This document shows positions 39,656 to 53,061 of a stretch of DNA of 64,000 nucleotides, in pieces; position 1 is the stretch's first letter, and each line of letters opens with the position of its first letter. The notes under the pieces are model-generated. The model was not told the origin of the DNA and did no database searches. It worked only from the letters and a program-made list of their open reading frames with translations. The position numbers and the translations under genes were made by a program. The stretch lies in assembly GCF_037042905.1 (NCBI RefSeq), contig NC_087245.1, positions 7,132,001-7,196,000 on the forward strand, written 5' to 3'. The stretch is from Lytechinus pictus. Lineage: Eukaryota.

Positions 39656-39832
39656 ATCTTATAGAGCATCTTTTCAACATTACAAAAATACAGGCTGATT
39701 CATTTAACTTTGCCTTTTTCTAAATATCACCGTGATTTACTTCGTCAAAAGTGTAACACTTTTTGCCCGAACCATTGTTTGTAGCGAATGAGATTTAAAT
39801 TATATTCAAATCGCTTTGTTATTGTTATGCAG

Positions 39833-39999
39833 CTCCAACTGATGCTATAGCCTTGGATACCATCAACCGTAAAATATATATATAATAGATCCGAGGTTTG
39901 GCGAGCCGATCTGGACGGAAACAATGTCGAACTGTTTTTAGGCGCATTGAATATGTTAAATGCGTTCCCGAGTGGACTAGGAATAGATCCAATTAGCGG
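39833..39999 (+). pseudogene. Exon 3: YWTD-like repeat, frameshifted at a (TA)n run (APTDAIALDTINRKIYI / NRSEVWRADLDGNNVELFL...PSGLGIDPISG)
   Basis: Acceptor gttatgcag|CT (phase 1), donor GG|gtgagt (phase 2); as written TAA TAG at 39883-39888; adding one TA restores a continuous repeat. Confidence 0.75.
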
Positions 40000-40376
40000 G
40001 TGAGTCTAGTTTGTTTTAATACTATCCAAGTTCGAATGATTTTGGAGGGACACATGCAATCATTCGTTAAATTTATGAAAAATGTGAAATATTTTGATCG
40101 CTAGCTTCGCTCGTTGACAAGGTTTAAAATGAATTTTGCCATAAAATGAATTTTGCCATATCTGGTCCCCTCAAAATTATTTGCCACTGCAAGAAAGGAA
40201 AACCCTCAATGTATATTGATTTGTTGTTTTGTTAATACTTTACATTTACTTGCGTTATATCTATCTCTCGTATTTTCGCCGGCTTAGATGAAGTGCATGT
40301 GTACGAAACATAAACCATGTATAAGACAAATGTAATTGAAACACTGGCGTAGATCCAGTCCTTGGTGGGGGGGGGG

Positions 40377-43300
40377 TATGAGGCGCCGAATGTACCAATA
40401 TTATATAGAACAATTATTTGTTATATAATCATTATTTATTAAATAATAACTATTATTTATATATAATTTACATTTTATTTGTAAATAACTACTATTATAT
40501 AAAATATCATTTCTAATTATTTATATATAATTCCAAGTAATACTTCATTATTTGTAAATAATAATAGTTCGACATTCCATTATTTATAAATAATGATTAT
40601 TTGTTTTTCATTATTTATAAATAATGATTATTTGTTTTTCATTATTTATAAATAATGATTATTTGTTTTTCATTATTTATAAATAATGATTATTTGTTTT
40701 TCATTATTTATAAATAATGATTATTTGTTTTTCATTATTTATAAATAATGATTATTTGTTTTTCATTATTTACAAATAATGATTATTTGTTTTTCATTAT
40801 TTATAAATAATTTGTTGAGTTTTCCATTATTTATAAATAATGATTATTTGTTAAATAATGAAAACGTCTACTTCATTATTTATAAATAATTTTTTTCGAG
40901 TGCACCATTATTCTCATTATTTATAAATAATCATTATTTAATGTTCGAGTTTTCCATTATTTATAAATAAAGATTATTTGTTAAATAATGAAATATCTAC
41001 TTCATTATTTATAAATAATAATTTTGTTTCAATATCCCATTATTTATAAATAATCATTATTTATAAACAATTTTTACAGTTTGCCATTATATACAAATAA
41101 TCATTATTTATATACAAATAACCATTATTTATTAAATAATGCCATTATTTATTAAATAATGCCATTATTTATTAAATAATGGAAAACTCGCTATAACATG
41201 CAAATGTGGGACCGCCCATGATATGAATATTCATGATGCGATTTCCTTTTTCGTGATTTTTCTTCACAAATTTTTGTCCATTTCCTCTTCATAATGACAT
41301 TTCTTGAAGCAATTTTCTAGGGATATGGTCTGATTGTAATATTCTTCATTTTCTATATAACTTCGTCTTCGTAGAAATATCAAAAAGTGTAATTTTATAC
41401 GATTTTTCCTACAGTTCACAATCCCCATAGGCGCGCGTGTACGGTAGGGACAACCGGTGAATCGACGGAGTGCTCTTCATCGAAATACTACGTTGGTTGG
41501 TCCCCGGAAGTGGCGGGCGGAATTTAGCCCGAATCCTCGATGGAAGTCGATCAAGTGCATATGAGCTGAGAGAGTGAAATATCAGTGTACTTGTACAGGC
41601 CCTTCTACTTTTTATAAATATTTCTTGTTGCTTTTTTTGTTAAGTTAATTTTTCCTGGTGTAGAGATAAGTTTCAGTTCTAATAATGCACTTCAAATACA
41701 TTTTGGAGTGTCTGTTTGAGGCGTTTGGGGCGATTTCACCCTGGCCCCAAAATGCTCGCAACGACAATACGGGGGCATGATGACCCCTAAATTTCGCTTC
41801 GCTGTGTCGCTTTCAACTTGAGAACGTTTACGCGTCTGCTCCCCCCCCCCCCCCCCCCCCCCTCCTCCGAAAGAAATTCTGTATACGGCCATGCTCTAAA
41901 GAGCCTGGCACATTGATTTATGTATACTTTCATTTTCATTATTTTTATCTCATTATCAACATGGCCTTACGCAGAATTTTTTCCAGGGGGGCCGGGGCCG
42001 GAGCATGACGCGCGTAAACTTTCTCAAAAAAATCTTGAAAGCGAGACAGCCACGGGACCAAGCCCAAATGACAAGCTTTGTCGCTTCGCTGTCTCGCTTT
42101 CAACTTGAGAACGTTTACACGCGTCTGCCCCCACCCCCCGAAAGAAATTCTGTGAACAGCCATGCTCAAAAGAGCATATGGCACATTGATTTATATGTAC
42201 TTTTCATTTTCATTATTTTTATCACATTATCATCATGGCCTTACGCAGAATTTTTTCCGGGGGGGGGGGGGGGTGGGGGGAGCAGGACGCGCGTAAACTT
42301 TCTCATAAAAATCTTGAGAAAGCGAAGCGACCAAGCTTGTCATTTGAGCTTGGTCGCGTCGCTGTCTCGCTTTCAAGATTTTTTTGAGAAACTTTACGCG
42401 CGTCCTAGCTGCCCCCCCCCCCCCCCCCCGGTAAAAATTCTGCGTAAGGCCATGTTGATAATGAGATAAAAATAATGAAAATGAAAGTATACATAAATCA
42501 ATGTGCCAGGCTCTTTAGAGCATGGCCATATACAGAATTTCTTTCGGAGGAGGGGGGGGGGAGCAGACGCGTGAACGTTCTCAAGTTGAAAGCGACACAG
42601 CGAAGCGACCAAGCTTGTCATTTGGGCACTTTTCGGAGTATTAAAAGTGAAATACGAAGGCTTTCGTGCACACTTTTGGTGAATTTTGTGATAATTTTCA
42701 ATAGAAAAATAAGTTTTTAAAAATTTAGGGGTCATCATGCCCCCGTATTGTCGTTGCGAGCATTTTGGGGCCAGGGTGAAATCGCCCCAAACGCCTCAAA
42801 CAGACACTCCAAAATGTATTTGAAGTGCATTATTAGAACTGAAACTTATCTCTACACCAGGAAAAATTAACTTAACAAAAAAAGCAACAAGAAATATTTA
42901 TAAAAAGTAGAAGGGCCTGTACAAGTACACTGATATTTCACTCTCTCAGCTCATATGCACTTGATCGACTTCCATCGAGGATTCGGGCTAAATTCCGCCC
43001 GCCACTTCCGGGGACCAACCAACGTAGTATTTCGATGAAGAGCACTCCGTCGATTCACCGGTTGTCCCTACCGTACACGCGCGCCTATGGGGATTGTGAA
43101 CTGTAGGAAAAATCGTATAAAATTACACTTTTTGATATTTCTACGAAGACGAAGTTATATAGAAAATGAAGAATATTACAATCAGACCATATCCCTAGAA
43201 AATTGCTTCAAGAAATGTCATTATGAAGAGGAAATGGACAAAAATTTGTGAAGAAAAATCACGAAAAAGGAAATCGCATCATGAATATTCATATCATGGG

Positions 43301-44138
43301 CGGTCCCACATTTGCATGTTATAGCGAGTTTTCCATTATTTAATAAATAATGGCATTATTTAATAAATAATGGCATTATTTAATAAATAATGGTTATTTG
43401 TATATAAATAATGATTATTTGTATATAATGGCAAACTGTAAAAATTGTTTATAAATAATGATTATTTATAAATAATGGGATATTGAAACAAAATTATTAT
43501 TTATAAATAATGAAGTAGATATTTCATTATTTAACAAATAATCTTTATTTATAAATAATGGAAAACTCGAACATTAAATAATGATTATTTATAAATAATG
43601 AGAATAATGGTGCACTCGAAAAAAATTATTTATAAATAATGAAGTAGACGTTTTCATTATTTAACAAATAATCATTATTTATAAATAATGGAAAACTCAA
43701 CAAATTATTTATAAATAATGAAAAACAAATAATCATTATTTGTAAATAATGAAAAACAAATAATCATTATTTATAAATAATGAAAAACAAATAATCATTA
43801 TTTATAAATAATGAAAAACAAATAATCATTATTTATAAATAATGAAAAACAAATAATCATTATTTATAAATAATGAAAAACAAATAATCATTATTTATAA
43901 ATAATGAAAAACAAATAATCATTATTTATAAATAATGGAATGTCGAACTATTATTATTTACAAATAATGAAGTATTACTTGGAATTATATATAAATAATT
44001 AGAAATGATATTTTATATAATAGTAGTTATTTACAAATAAAATGTAAATTATATATAAATAATAGTTATTATTTAATAAATAATGATTATATAACAAATA
44101 ATTGTTCTATATAATATTGGTACATTCGGCGCCTCATA
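40377..44138. mobile_element. Foldback (TU/FB-like) element: two 1418-bp inverted arms around a 926-bp repeat-built spacer, no coding ORF
   Basis: 40377-41794 is the reverse complement of 42721-44138; outer domain of AT-rich 31-bp repeats; termini TATGAGGCGCC...GGCGCCTCATA; flanked by G10 and G13. Confidence 0.93.
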
Positions 44139-45669
44139 GGGGGGGGGGGGGTGATAGCAATATTGATCTGAAAATTCAAAATATTGGGAACACGGCCCCC
44201 ACACCAAGCGCTATGTATACGGTGGTATATGACCATGTACATAATTCTAACATCTTTCAGTAAAAGACCTATAAAGATTTTTAATGGCTATAAAGTAATG
44301 ATTTACAATTAATATAAATATGCGAGCGAGTGAAGCGGGCGTGCAAATTTTCAGTAGTTGGAAGACAAATGATGTTCAAAAACCTCTTAAGTGGTGGGTA
44401 ATTATCACATCATGGGCAATGTATACGTATGTATGTCGTCTTTCAAGGGGTGTGTCATGATGGGAGAAATGCAGCGAGTGAGCGAAGTGGGCAAGCCTTA
44501 AAAAGTTGCTTCAATCGTTTAAAATGAGTATTATTATTAATTAACATCATAAAGGTAGATTATCAATAAACTAAACTACAGAAGAAAGGGAAAAAGAAAT
44601 ATAAAGAGCAAATAAGTATTAAACAGTTCATATTTTGTTCAATGAAAACTCATTTGCTCACTGGTTAAAGTGGGATGGGAATCATTATTATCGGGAATAA
44701 GGCTGCTTATGAAATGATGATAGGTTGTCACAGGCCACAATATAAACTTCCAAACAGGTGGAAATAGACAGTGATGCAAATCGAAAGAAAAATTTTGCAG
44801 AAAGGAAATATTTTGAATAATCTTAAAGGTTATTTTGGGAGGTGATGCAATTATTCAAAATTTTGGGGGAAAATCATGTTAGAAACACTTATTTCATTCT
44901 TATGTTATTGTTATTGTTGATGTGATTTAAAGTCTACTAGGAACGAATGAAATTGTAAAGTGTGTGGGAGATTGTTTTAATTTGTTTATATGACCATATT
45001 TAAAATTATTGATACCTTACACTTCATAAATGGACGTATTATAACCATACTATCATGATGCAGGGGATATGCTAAACGTAAAGATTTGTCATTGCCAAAA
45101 TCTTATAAGATTTGATTGAGTGCGGGACCGGGGCGACCGCGCGAGAAACTTTGCATTTTTAGAATGAAAAATTGGGCAAATTTAAACACTTTGACCGCAT
45201 TTAAAGATGAATCCACGCATTAACAATGGTATTAATTATTTGATGATGAAAAAAAATATTATTTCTGTCTTGAAAAATGGGGGGAATGATTGTACATGCC
45301 ACCCCCCCCCCCCTCTCCGAAAAGTAGAGAGATGTATCCCCCCTCCCATCCCCGTGAATTGAAAGGTCTATATGCGAATTTCCCAGTTATTGTTTGTTTA
45401 AAATTAAAAGAACCTTCGTCATTTGTCTTTTACAAGGGCGTTAGTAAGACCAAGAGATAAATTTTCCAAATTTGAAGAGGAGTTGTGTAAGCTAAATAAG
45501 ATTATACACGCCATATTGGGATATTGGAAAAGTTGCATCAAATCTTTGTAAATGTGTTTCTATCAAAGTAAAGTAAAAATTGAGAAATGGTCAAATTGTG
45601 TAAAAAAAAAAGTTTTAAAAATAACTCTATTATGTTAATTAAAGCTGAATTACATTTCTATTTGGACAG

Positions 45670-45788
45670 GATCTTATTTGTGTCAGGTTTACGAGCTGGG
45701 CTAGATGGTTCATCCCCGATTCAAGACAATCCAATGATGGGGCAAATTCTTTCTATTCAAGTTGAGCAGTGTCCCTCAGGGTTTCCGG
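45670..45788 (+). CDS. Exon 4 (G/ILFVSGLRAGLDGSSPIQDNPMMGQILSIQVEQCPSGFP)
   Basis: Acceptor tctatttggacag|G in phase 2 matches the exon 3 donor; donor CCGG|gtaggt in phase 1; contains an RAGLDGS repeat word. Confidence 0.75.
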
Positions 45789-46544
45789 GTAGGTACTAGT
45801 CTAGTGTGTATCCAGATTTTTACCTCGGACATTGGGCTTTCGTAATTTTGTTTGATTACATATTGATTAAAAAAGTGCTCTGTAAAATGTATCGTTTTGT
45901 GGTCTAAATATCATTTTTCTTCAGCTCGCGCTATGCGCTCGCATTATTTGATTTATGAAGTATTATTCTCTTTGTGAATTACATGAAAGTTCTCCAAAAC
46001 CCTTTTCAGGTCTGATTGCCAAAACTTATCAGCTAGCACTGTGCGCTCGCATTTTGAGTAGTGAGGCAAATATACTTCTATATAAATTCTAACTAAATAG
46101 AATTTATATTTATATATAAATTCTAACTACTTTATATAACTTTTATAACAGTTTAAAAAAAAATTAGCTCGCGCTTTGCGCTCGCATTGATAAAAAAATA
46201 TATCAACTTATTCATCCTATTCGTAATAACAAAAGGTGCTTAAACTGTCCAGTTTCCAGGCCTAAATATTGAAGAAATCGCGCTCTTATTAGGTCTATTA
46301 GATTTTTAAATAAGATAGTATCCTTTTCATGAATTCCTAGTCCGTTAATTGTCAGGGTTTTTTCCAGATAGGAATATCAGGCCTGTAAAAACATTCCTCA
46401 AGAAAAGTGTGTGTGTGTGGGGGGTGAGGGTGCGTGTGTGTGTGTGTGTTTCATTTCAACATGAATCATAGATGTGAAAGCGTAGCTATAGGCCTATTAA
46501 CATTGAAACCAAGTGAAACTTCTTTGTTTGATTTGTTATGTTAG

Positions 46545-46825
46545 GTTCAAAATTGTGGAGATATACTGATATGAATGAGATAGACTTTCAATACTCTGAT
46601 GGAAGCGGCCGAACAGTGGTGACAATGGCTCCAAGTCTGATGACAACAGTTCCTGGGGTTTCCTTTGGTAAATATGGAGCTATCGCAACACTGGCAGATT
46701 ATTCAACACACACATTACTTTCGGTCAATCTCACCAGCGGAGTGTCGTCGCCACACAATGGTGTTACTCTGACTGATGGCAATACACTCAGTACTTATGG
46801 AACAAGTTCCGTTGAGTTGTGGAAG
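46545..46825 (+). CDS. Exon 5 (GSKLWRYTDMNEIDFQYSDGSGRTVV...); 3' boundary uncertain
   Basis: Acceptor tttgttatgttag|GT in phase 1; donor AAG|gtaata is phase 0, while an alternative G|gtaaat after 46667 is phase 1. Confidence 0.65.
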
Positions 46826-47695
46826 GTAATAAGCCCTACGTGTAATTTGATACCAGGGTGTGCCGGGGCGGGGGGGGGGGGGTCTATATATATATATTGC
46901 CATATTTTTTCAAGGAGAAAAAAGGGGGAGAAAGAAAAATATCCAAGGGAGATATCTGAATCCTGTAACGCCATCTGCCTTTGTTTTTCAACTGAAGGGA
47001 AAAAAGTTACCTTTAGTTCGTAATGACATTTGTCACGTAAAAAAGAGCTAATCACATTCCACCTGTTCATTCAAGCGTGAATGATTAATTAAACGCCTTT
47101 GAATCATTGAAGCATGTTAATTGGTCATTAAAATAACGAAAAAGTTGAGAAAAGATCATTTTCAGTTACCAAAATGAAACATTACATGCCTATGATATTT
47201 GAAAATCGTATTTTTTGTTTTCGTTGAATATTCATTGAACCGTGAAACGATGAATATTGTTGAAGATACTCTTCCCAAAAATAACTGTCATCATATTCTA
47301 CCATTTCTATTGATAGAAATGTGTAAAAAATCAAATTATAGCAAATTTGGACTTGTGTTTATTCAACCGTGAAATTTTGCCAAAAAGTTGTATCGTCTTT
47401 TAGAAAGTACATTTTCCAAGCCTTCTGACTATTTTTCATGATGAGAATGTGGAATTGGTTCCAATAAAATGGAATCAAAGTAATGATATTTGGCTTGTGA
47501 CTTTTGAAAATTGACGTTTTTGCCTTTTGACGGTGCTCACTGAAGCATGCCGTAAAATAAGTCCACAACATTTACTCAGAGGATAGCTTATAAAATTACC
47601 TACACGCTCATGTAAAAATATATTAAAAACTCGCATTGGTTCGGAAATTATTGATGTTTGTTTAAGGGGGGACTTACTTTTTTTGTTGTGTATAC

Positions 47696-47954
47696 AAAAG
47701 AAATAGCGAGTGGATGACGTCATCGGTCTCCGCATTTGCATACCGACCAAGGATGTGCGTATAACTGTTTGTGAAATTAAACGAAACTTTAAAATGTCAT
47801 AACTTTCTTGTTTCACATCCGATTTTGATGAAATTTTCATTGTTATGCTTGAAAAATTTTGGAGAAAGAGATCAATGAAAGTTTGAGGAAGATTGAATGA
47901 ATTTTTCTCTTTTTAATCAAATCAACTTTTTGTTGGAATGAACTTGTCCTTTAA
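47696..47954. mobile_element. Kolobok-type MITE 3' part (ends ...CTTGTCCT|TTAA); same family as 63079-63610
   Basis: Sequence shared with 63450-63600; TTAA at the terminus. Confidence 0.6.
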
Positions 47955-49116
47955 GACATATCCTTTCTAAAAATAATTTGGCAGAAATGTTCCTAGTGCT
48001 GAATGAGAATATAACTGGTTCCTCAGCATGCTTCACTGAACGGGCTCTGAACGTGTACTTGTCACCTTTACCAAAAGTCACAACAAGAAGAATTTCTCAT
48101 ATAAAAAATAATATTCTCTTTTTAAGGATCATGGTAGTTTTTGTGCTCGTTTGAGTCATGACCCTTTTCTACCAATTTGTGGGACAAAATGTGACTGAGA
48201 TTTGCTTTTTTAAGTAATACATGGAGTTGTACTTGAAGCTATCATTTCATTAATTCGTAAACTCGTGATTTATGATCAGTGAGCAGTAAAATTTGAAAAC
48301 TGTCAGGGGAAGAATGAACGATGATACTGAGGGGAGCAAGGGTATTATGATGACGGGGTCAAGGTGTCATCCAATGGTAACGTCGTCGATTTTAACTGAC
48401 TGAAAAGATTTATGAAATCCTTGAAATCACCTAGTTGAAATCATATAAAAGAAAAATTTTGGAGAAAGAGATCAATGAAAGTTTGAGGAAGATTGAATGA
48501 ATAAAAATAACATGAGCATACTAATGCTGGCGTACTTTCGTTCACGGCATTAAGTGGCAAGAATTAATAAAAACGTAAATTAAACGCATTTATAAGCAAA
48601 ATGTTCTTTTCATGCTATTTAGCAATGGTTTAATCTTAAATAAAATGCAGCAGGCAGCTAGCGTTTGCTTGAGCTTATTAGCAATTGCATTAATTAGCTC
48701 GTATAAGCAATTGCTTATTTTTCTGAATGCAAATTCAAGAAAAGGCCTAGCAAAAGCAACTGTTACTTTTTATTCATCTGACCCACTATTTGTATAATAT
48801 TACCTGGGTCCAACAGTTCAATGTGTAAATTTGGATTTATTTTAGCCTAAATTGGTCTTTTAAAAAAATCAGAGTCATTTTAATGCATTTCAAGTCATTT
48901 ATTGATTTCGACTTTATGATTTGTACATTTACTTCCTTCACATTACACTATTTTTAAAAACTATTTTATGGGATATGTTTTTAATTCATGTTATACAGTG
49001 TGACCTTGCAGGCCTATCCAATTTCATTTGTCCACAAGATTTACATCTAGTTCATTAAACTCTTTTCCCCCCTGATTGAATAAAATGAGTATTATTCCAT
49101 GACTATTTGAATACAG

Positions 49117-49368
49117 GATCGCCAAGCCCAGTAATTGCCAATTGTCCAAGTGATATCGCAGTCGCTATCAATTCAACAACCAAGTCCGTCACAGTCAGTT
49201 GGACCGAACCTTCAATATCGGATACTTCGGTTTGTGCAGGCCTTACCTTTTTGGGACCGGGAACGAACGGAGGGACCTACTCGGTTGGGAGCTGGACTCA
49301 GACTTACCAGGCGACAGGCTTTTATGCAAATACGATGTGTACTTTTACAATAAACATAACAGTATCAG
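49117..49368 (+). CDS. Exon 6: HYR (hyalin repeat) domain
   Basis: PVIANCPSDI...VTVSWTEP...D...G.YSVG...TY.A....TMCTFTINITV; acceptor gaatacag|GA, donor TCAG|gtaaag, phase 1-1. Confidence 0.85.
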
Positions 49369-49890
49369 GTAAAGTCTTCTGGAAATTTAAAAGCTTCTTG
49401 TTCCGTCTTTTTTAACCTATTTCTATCTACCTTAGTCTTTTGGATATAGGTGTCCCGGAAATTTTCCGATCTGATGATATGCTTCGTGTTAACGTTATTG
49501 GAAGGAATATGATAGCGATCGTGCAACTTATGAGATACAAAGAACTATATACATCTTCTTTATATATTTTTGGATACCAAGACACCGAGCTGCAGAGATA
49601 TAGTAATTATTTATAATAATATTTTTATTATATATCATCAAGAATCACAATATTTACAAACGATTTACATAAAAAGAATATCAAAAAATACATGAAATGA
49701 ATAAAAATTAAGAATAAAGATAAAGAAAAGGGGGGTAGATTATCTCATATAATATTGATCCACTATACGCGAGGGACAAAGATGGACCCAAGGATTGGAG
49801 GCATGATACTATTTTTGACATCATGCTCCAATAATTATAGTGATCCTTGTAAGAATAAAGAGCGTGCCAATGCGAGCCAGAAAATAAATA

Positions 49891-49921
<31 letters not shown>

Positions 49922-51256
49922 TATTCGGCATAATCAAATACATAAACAACATATACAAACAATAGGAATAGGAGAGTCACATGGATGCCGGGAAAGGAAA
50001 AAGATTAACTTAATAACTATAACCCGAAGGTCTTCCTTTCCAATCCATGTGACTTTACAAAGATAACATACATACATGTACTACAAAATAGTAAAATACA
50101 ACTATATAGTTGTTGAAGATGACAATAAATTAAATTAGAATCAAATAAAGAATTAAAAAGAAGAAGAAGTGTCAACCTGGGTAGAAGTAGAGCTCACGAG
50201 AAAAAAAAATTATTTCGAATAATAATTAAATGTGAGCACGTGCCCAGATTGACACAATCTGAATGAAGAGGGAAGAAGGGAAGGAGGGTGTAGCTTTATT
50301 GTTTTTCCTTCTTATTTTTTGTCAAAGGAATTAAAAACCTAAATGAGACGTTCTTCTCTCTCTTCAAACAAAATTTTTCTTCCGAGCTCCGCGCGGGATA
50401 ATCGAAATTTGTTTCCCACACTTTTTTTCTCCTCCCCGGCTATGGGACTCGTGTATTTCTTGCCAGATACTATAAAGTATACATTGGGTTAAAATATGAA
50501 AAATGTTTGTTTCAATGCAGTGACACAAAATGTTCGGTCTTATGGTCAGAGCGGGTAAACACTGCCGCCCTCATTTAATTAACATGCATTTTCATGAAGA
50601 GATATTAAGCATATATGGCACGATTTAATTATCTAAGGTTGAAGATGTATTCATGATAAGAATACACACATATACATAGAAATAATTTTCATTTGCGCAT
50701 GCAAAAAAATATAATTACATGTTTGGGATGACTAAGAGACTGAGGAAATTTATCTGCAAACGGATACTTAAGAAGAATTAAACAATAATTATTTCAATGA
50801 CTCTTATAGGTTTTGTAACTGTAAGGAACAAACATTGCTCACAAAAAATGAAGTTTTCATATGAATCATGAAGTTTATGCCACGTTAAGATTTATTCTGG
50901 GGTAGGTTACAATATCATAAATAGTGTCTGTAGATCATGTTGTGTGGCGTTCGATACGTAGTGGAAATAATACAATAATTTGGTAAATAAAGAACAAAAT
51001 ATGTAAGAAAATTGTTGTTATGATAATATTTACACCCATAGAGACAAGTGAAATCACTTTGTTTGCCAACAACAAATTAGTAGAGAAGGAAACATTAAAA
51101 AGTTGAAATGAATGGTAGGAAGGGAAAAGAGCCTGATACGAAAAGGCGCTCCATCCAGAGGCTCCAAAACAGGGGCGGAGAATGAAAAAGGAAGAAATAC
51201 ACAATAAATAAGACGAGGACAACAACACATACATGTAGGGCCAAGTCCCCCCTAAA

Positions 51257-52737
51257 CAGGCGCGTAGCCAGGGGGAGCGGTGGGGGCGGTCGCCCCCCCC
51301 CCAAACGTCCCCAAAAAGAAAAAAAAAAGGAAAAAAGAGAGGAGAAAGGGAAAAGGGAAGGGAGGAAAGGGAAGAAAGGTAGCTTTGTGTTTTTTTTCTT
51401 TTTATTTTATTTTTTTTCTCAAAAGAGAAACTCCTTCACTCTTGCTCTAAATTTATATATGAATTTTGCTTCCGCGCTGCGCGCGGTTAAATGACAATAT
51501 TGAAGATCTCCATTGTTTCCCCCACCCTTTCTCAGACCCTGTTTTTCTACCTCAGCTATATGTATTTATTGCCAGTTAAAGTTCAAATGTATACATCAGG
51601 GCATGGAATTAGAGTAAGGTTAGGCCGAAGTATATGAAGTTATATTTTTTTTAATTGATCGCGCAACTTCTGGTCGGGTCGGCTCCGGGCGGGTAAAATC
51701 TTTATATCAATTTCTGCCGTCACCTCCATATAGTCAACTTCTCCCGTTTTTCAGCTCATTACTAAACAACCATAATTTTTGGGGCAAACAGGTTCCTAAT
51801 CCAAAAAGAGGAAGGTTTAAAATTCGTATCGTATAAGGGTATTAGATAAAAAAGTACAATATTTTTTTATCAAATTCTATTAAACTTCATGTCATTTCCC
51901 TGTACATTCATCTCCTGTCCTGTTTTGCGCCCTCAGTTTGAAAATTTGAATGACTCTTAAGTTTCTTTATAATTCAAAATGAAGCGCTTCAGGATAAGTC
52001 AAAGAAATTAGGCATCCTTTTTATATAATTTCAATAAATCACAGAAGTTTCAACTTTTTGCGCACTATTTTCCTTTTAATGAAGTTCAATAATCTTAGAA
52101 AATTAATTGAATTAGAGCCAATGGGGTATTGAAGATATCTGCATTTGATGAAACGTCCGCCCTTTGAAATTTCAGAGTTTCGTTGCTCTGCGCGGGGAGG
52201 AATATCTTCCTCCCGGTATATACACTTCTTCTCCTCTGTTTTGCGAGTTAAAGATATGCACTGCCGCTAAATTGTTTGTAAATCAAATCTGATCTTTCCA
52301 AGGGAAGTATTCAGTATAATTATGTTTGAGAATATCCTTTTCTCGGGACTCTTGTCATGGCAAAAAAAATTGATAAAACGCTATAGCTTCCGCACTTCGC
52401 GCGGGGTTATTATCATTTTAATTTCCTCCATTGTATTCATTTTTTGTGCGTTCACAATCTTTTTTGAAAACAAGGTTCATGAAAACCAGGTTCAAAATCA
52501 CAATATAGTCAACTGAATTGGAGCTGATATAGATACTAGAGACAAGAGAGACGGCTCCTTTTCATTTTAATTTATTAAACACCAAAAGCTTCGCGCTTCG
52601 CGCGGGAGGGGGGGGGGGGAAACTCCCCCTCCCTGCACCCACCCCCTAGGGAGCGCGCTTCGCGCGCTCTGTAAGTGTTGGCACGTTTCGCGTGCATTTA
52701 CCGCCCCCTCCAAAATGAAATCCTGGCTACGCGGTTG
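51257..52737. mobile_element. hAT-type non-autonomous element
   Basis: TIR CAGGCGCGTAGCCAGG / CCTGGCTACGCGGTTG; 8-bp TSD CCCCTAAA (51249-51256, 52738-52745). Confidence 0.85.
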
Positions 52738-53061
52738 CCCCTAAATATACAAATAAATATATAAAAAAGAATAAGGATAAAAAGCAAGTTGTCAGCGAAG
52801 TTACGAAACTAGGTGGGGGGCAAAATCCCTTGCCTGACAATTGAATAGAGCAGGAAGTGAAAGGGAAAGCTGAGTGACAGAAAATGAACAAAAAAGAAAT
52901 ATGACAAATATGAAGTTATGATGTTCGAGTAATCATTATTTCAAAATATGGACAATTGAGACCCCTATACGACATTTGTTTCCAAAGTGGGATATTACTC
53001 TCTCTATGGGACATTCAGTTCCCTATGTGACTTTGGGATTCCTAATAGGATATTTGATATA

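Noticed and set aside
40578..40810. Regular 31-bp palindromic repeats as a possible CRISPR array
   Set aside because: No unique spacers, no cas genes, eukaryotic context; they are foldback-arm subrepeats. The same applies to the 34050-35110 array.
41692..42738. Cluster of short ORFs in the foldback spacer as a possible transposase
   Set aside because: Short, derived from repeated units and G/C runs, with no catalytic motifs.
46826..49116. A bridging phase 0-to-1 exon between exons 5 and 6
   Set aside because: Candidate acceptors inspected by eye led to early stops or repeat sequence; none could be supported.
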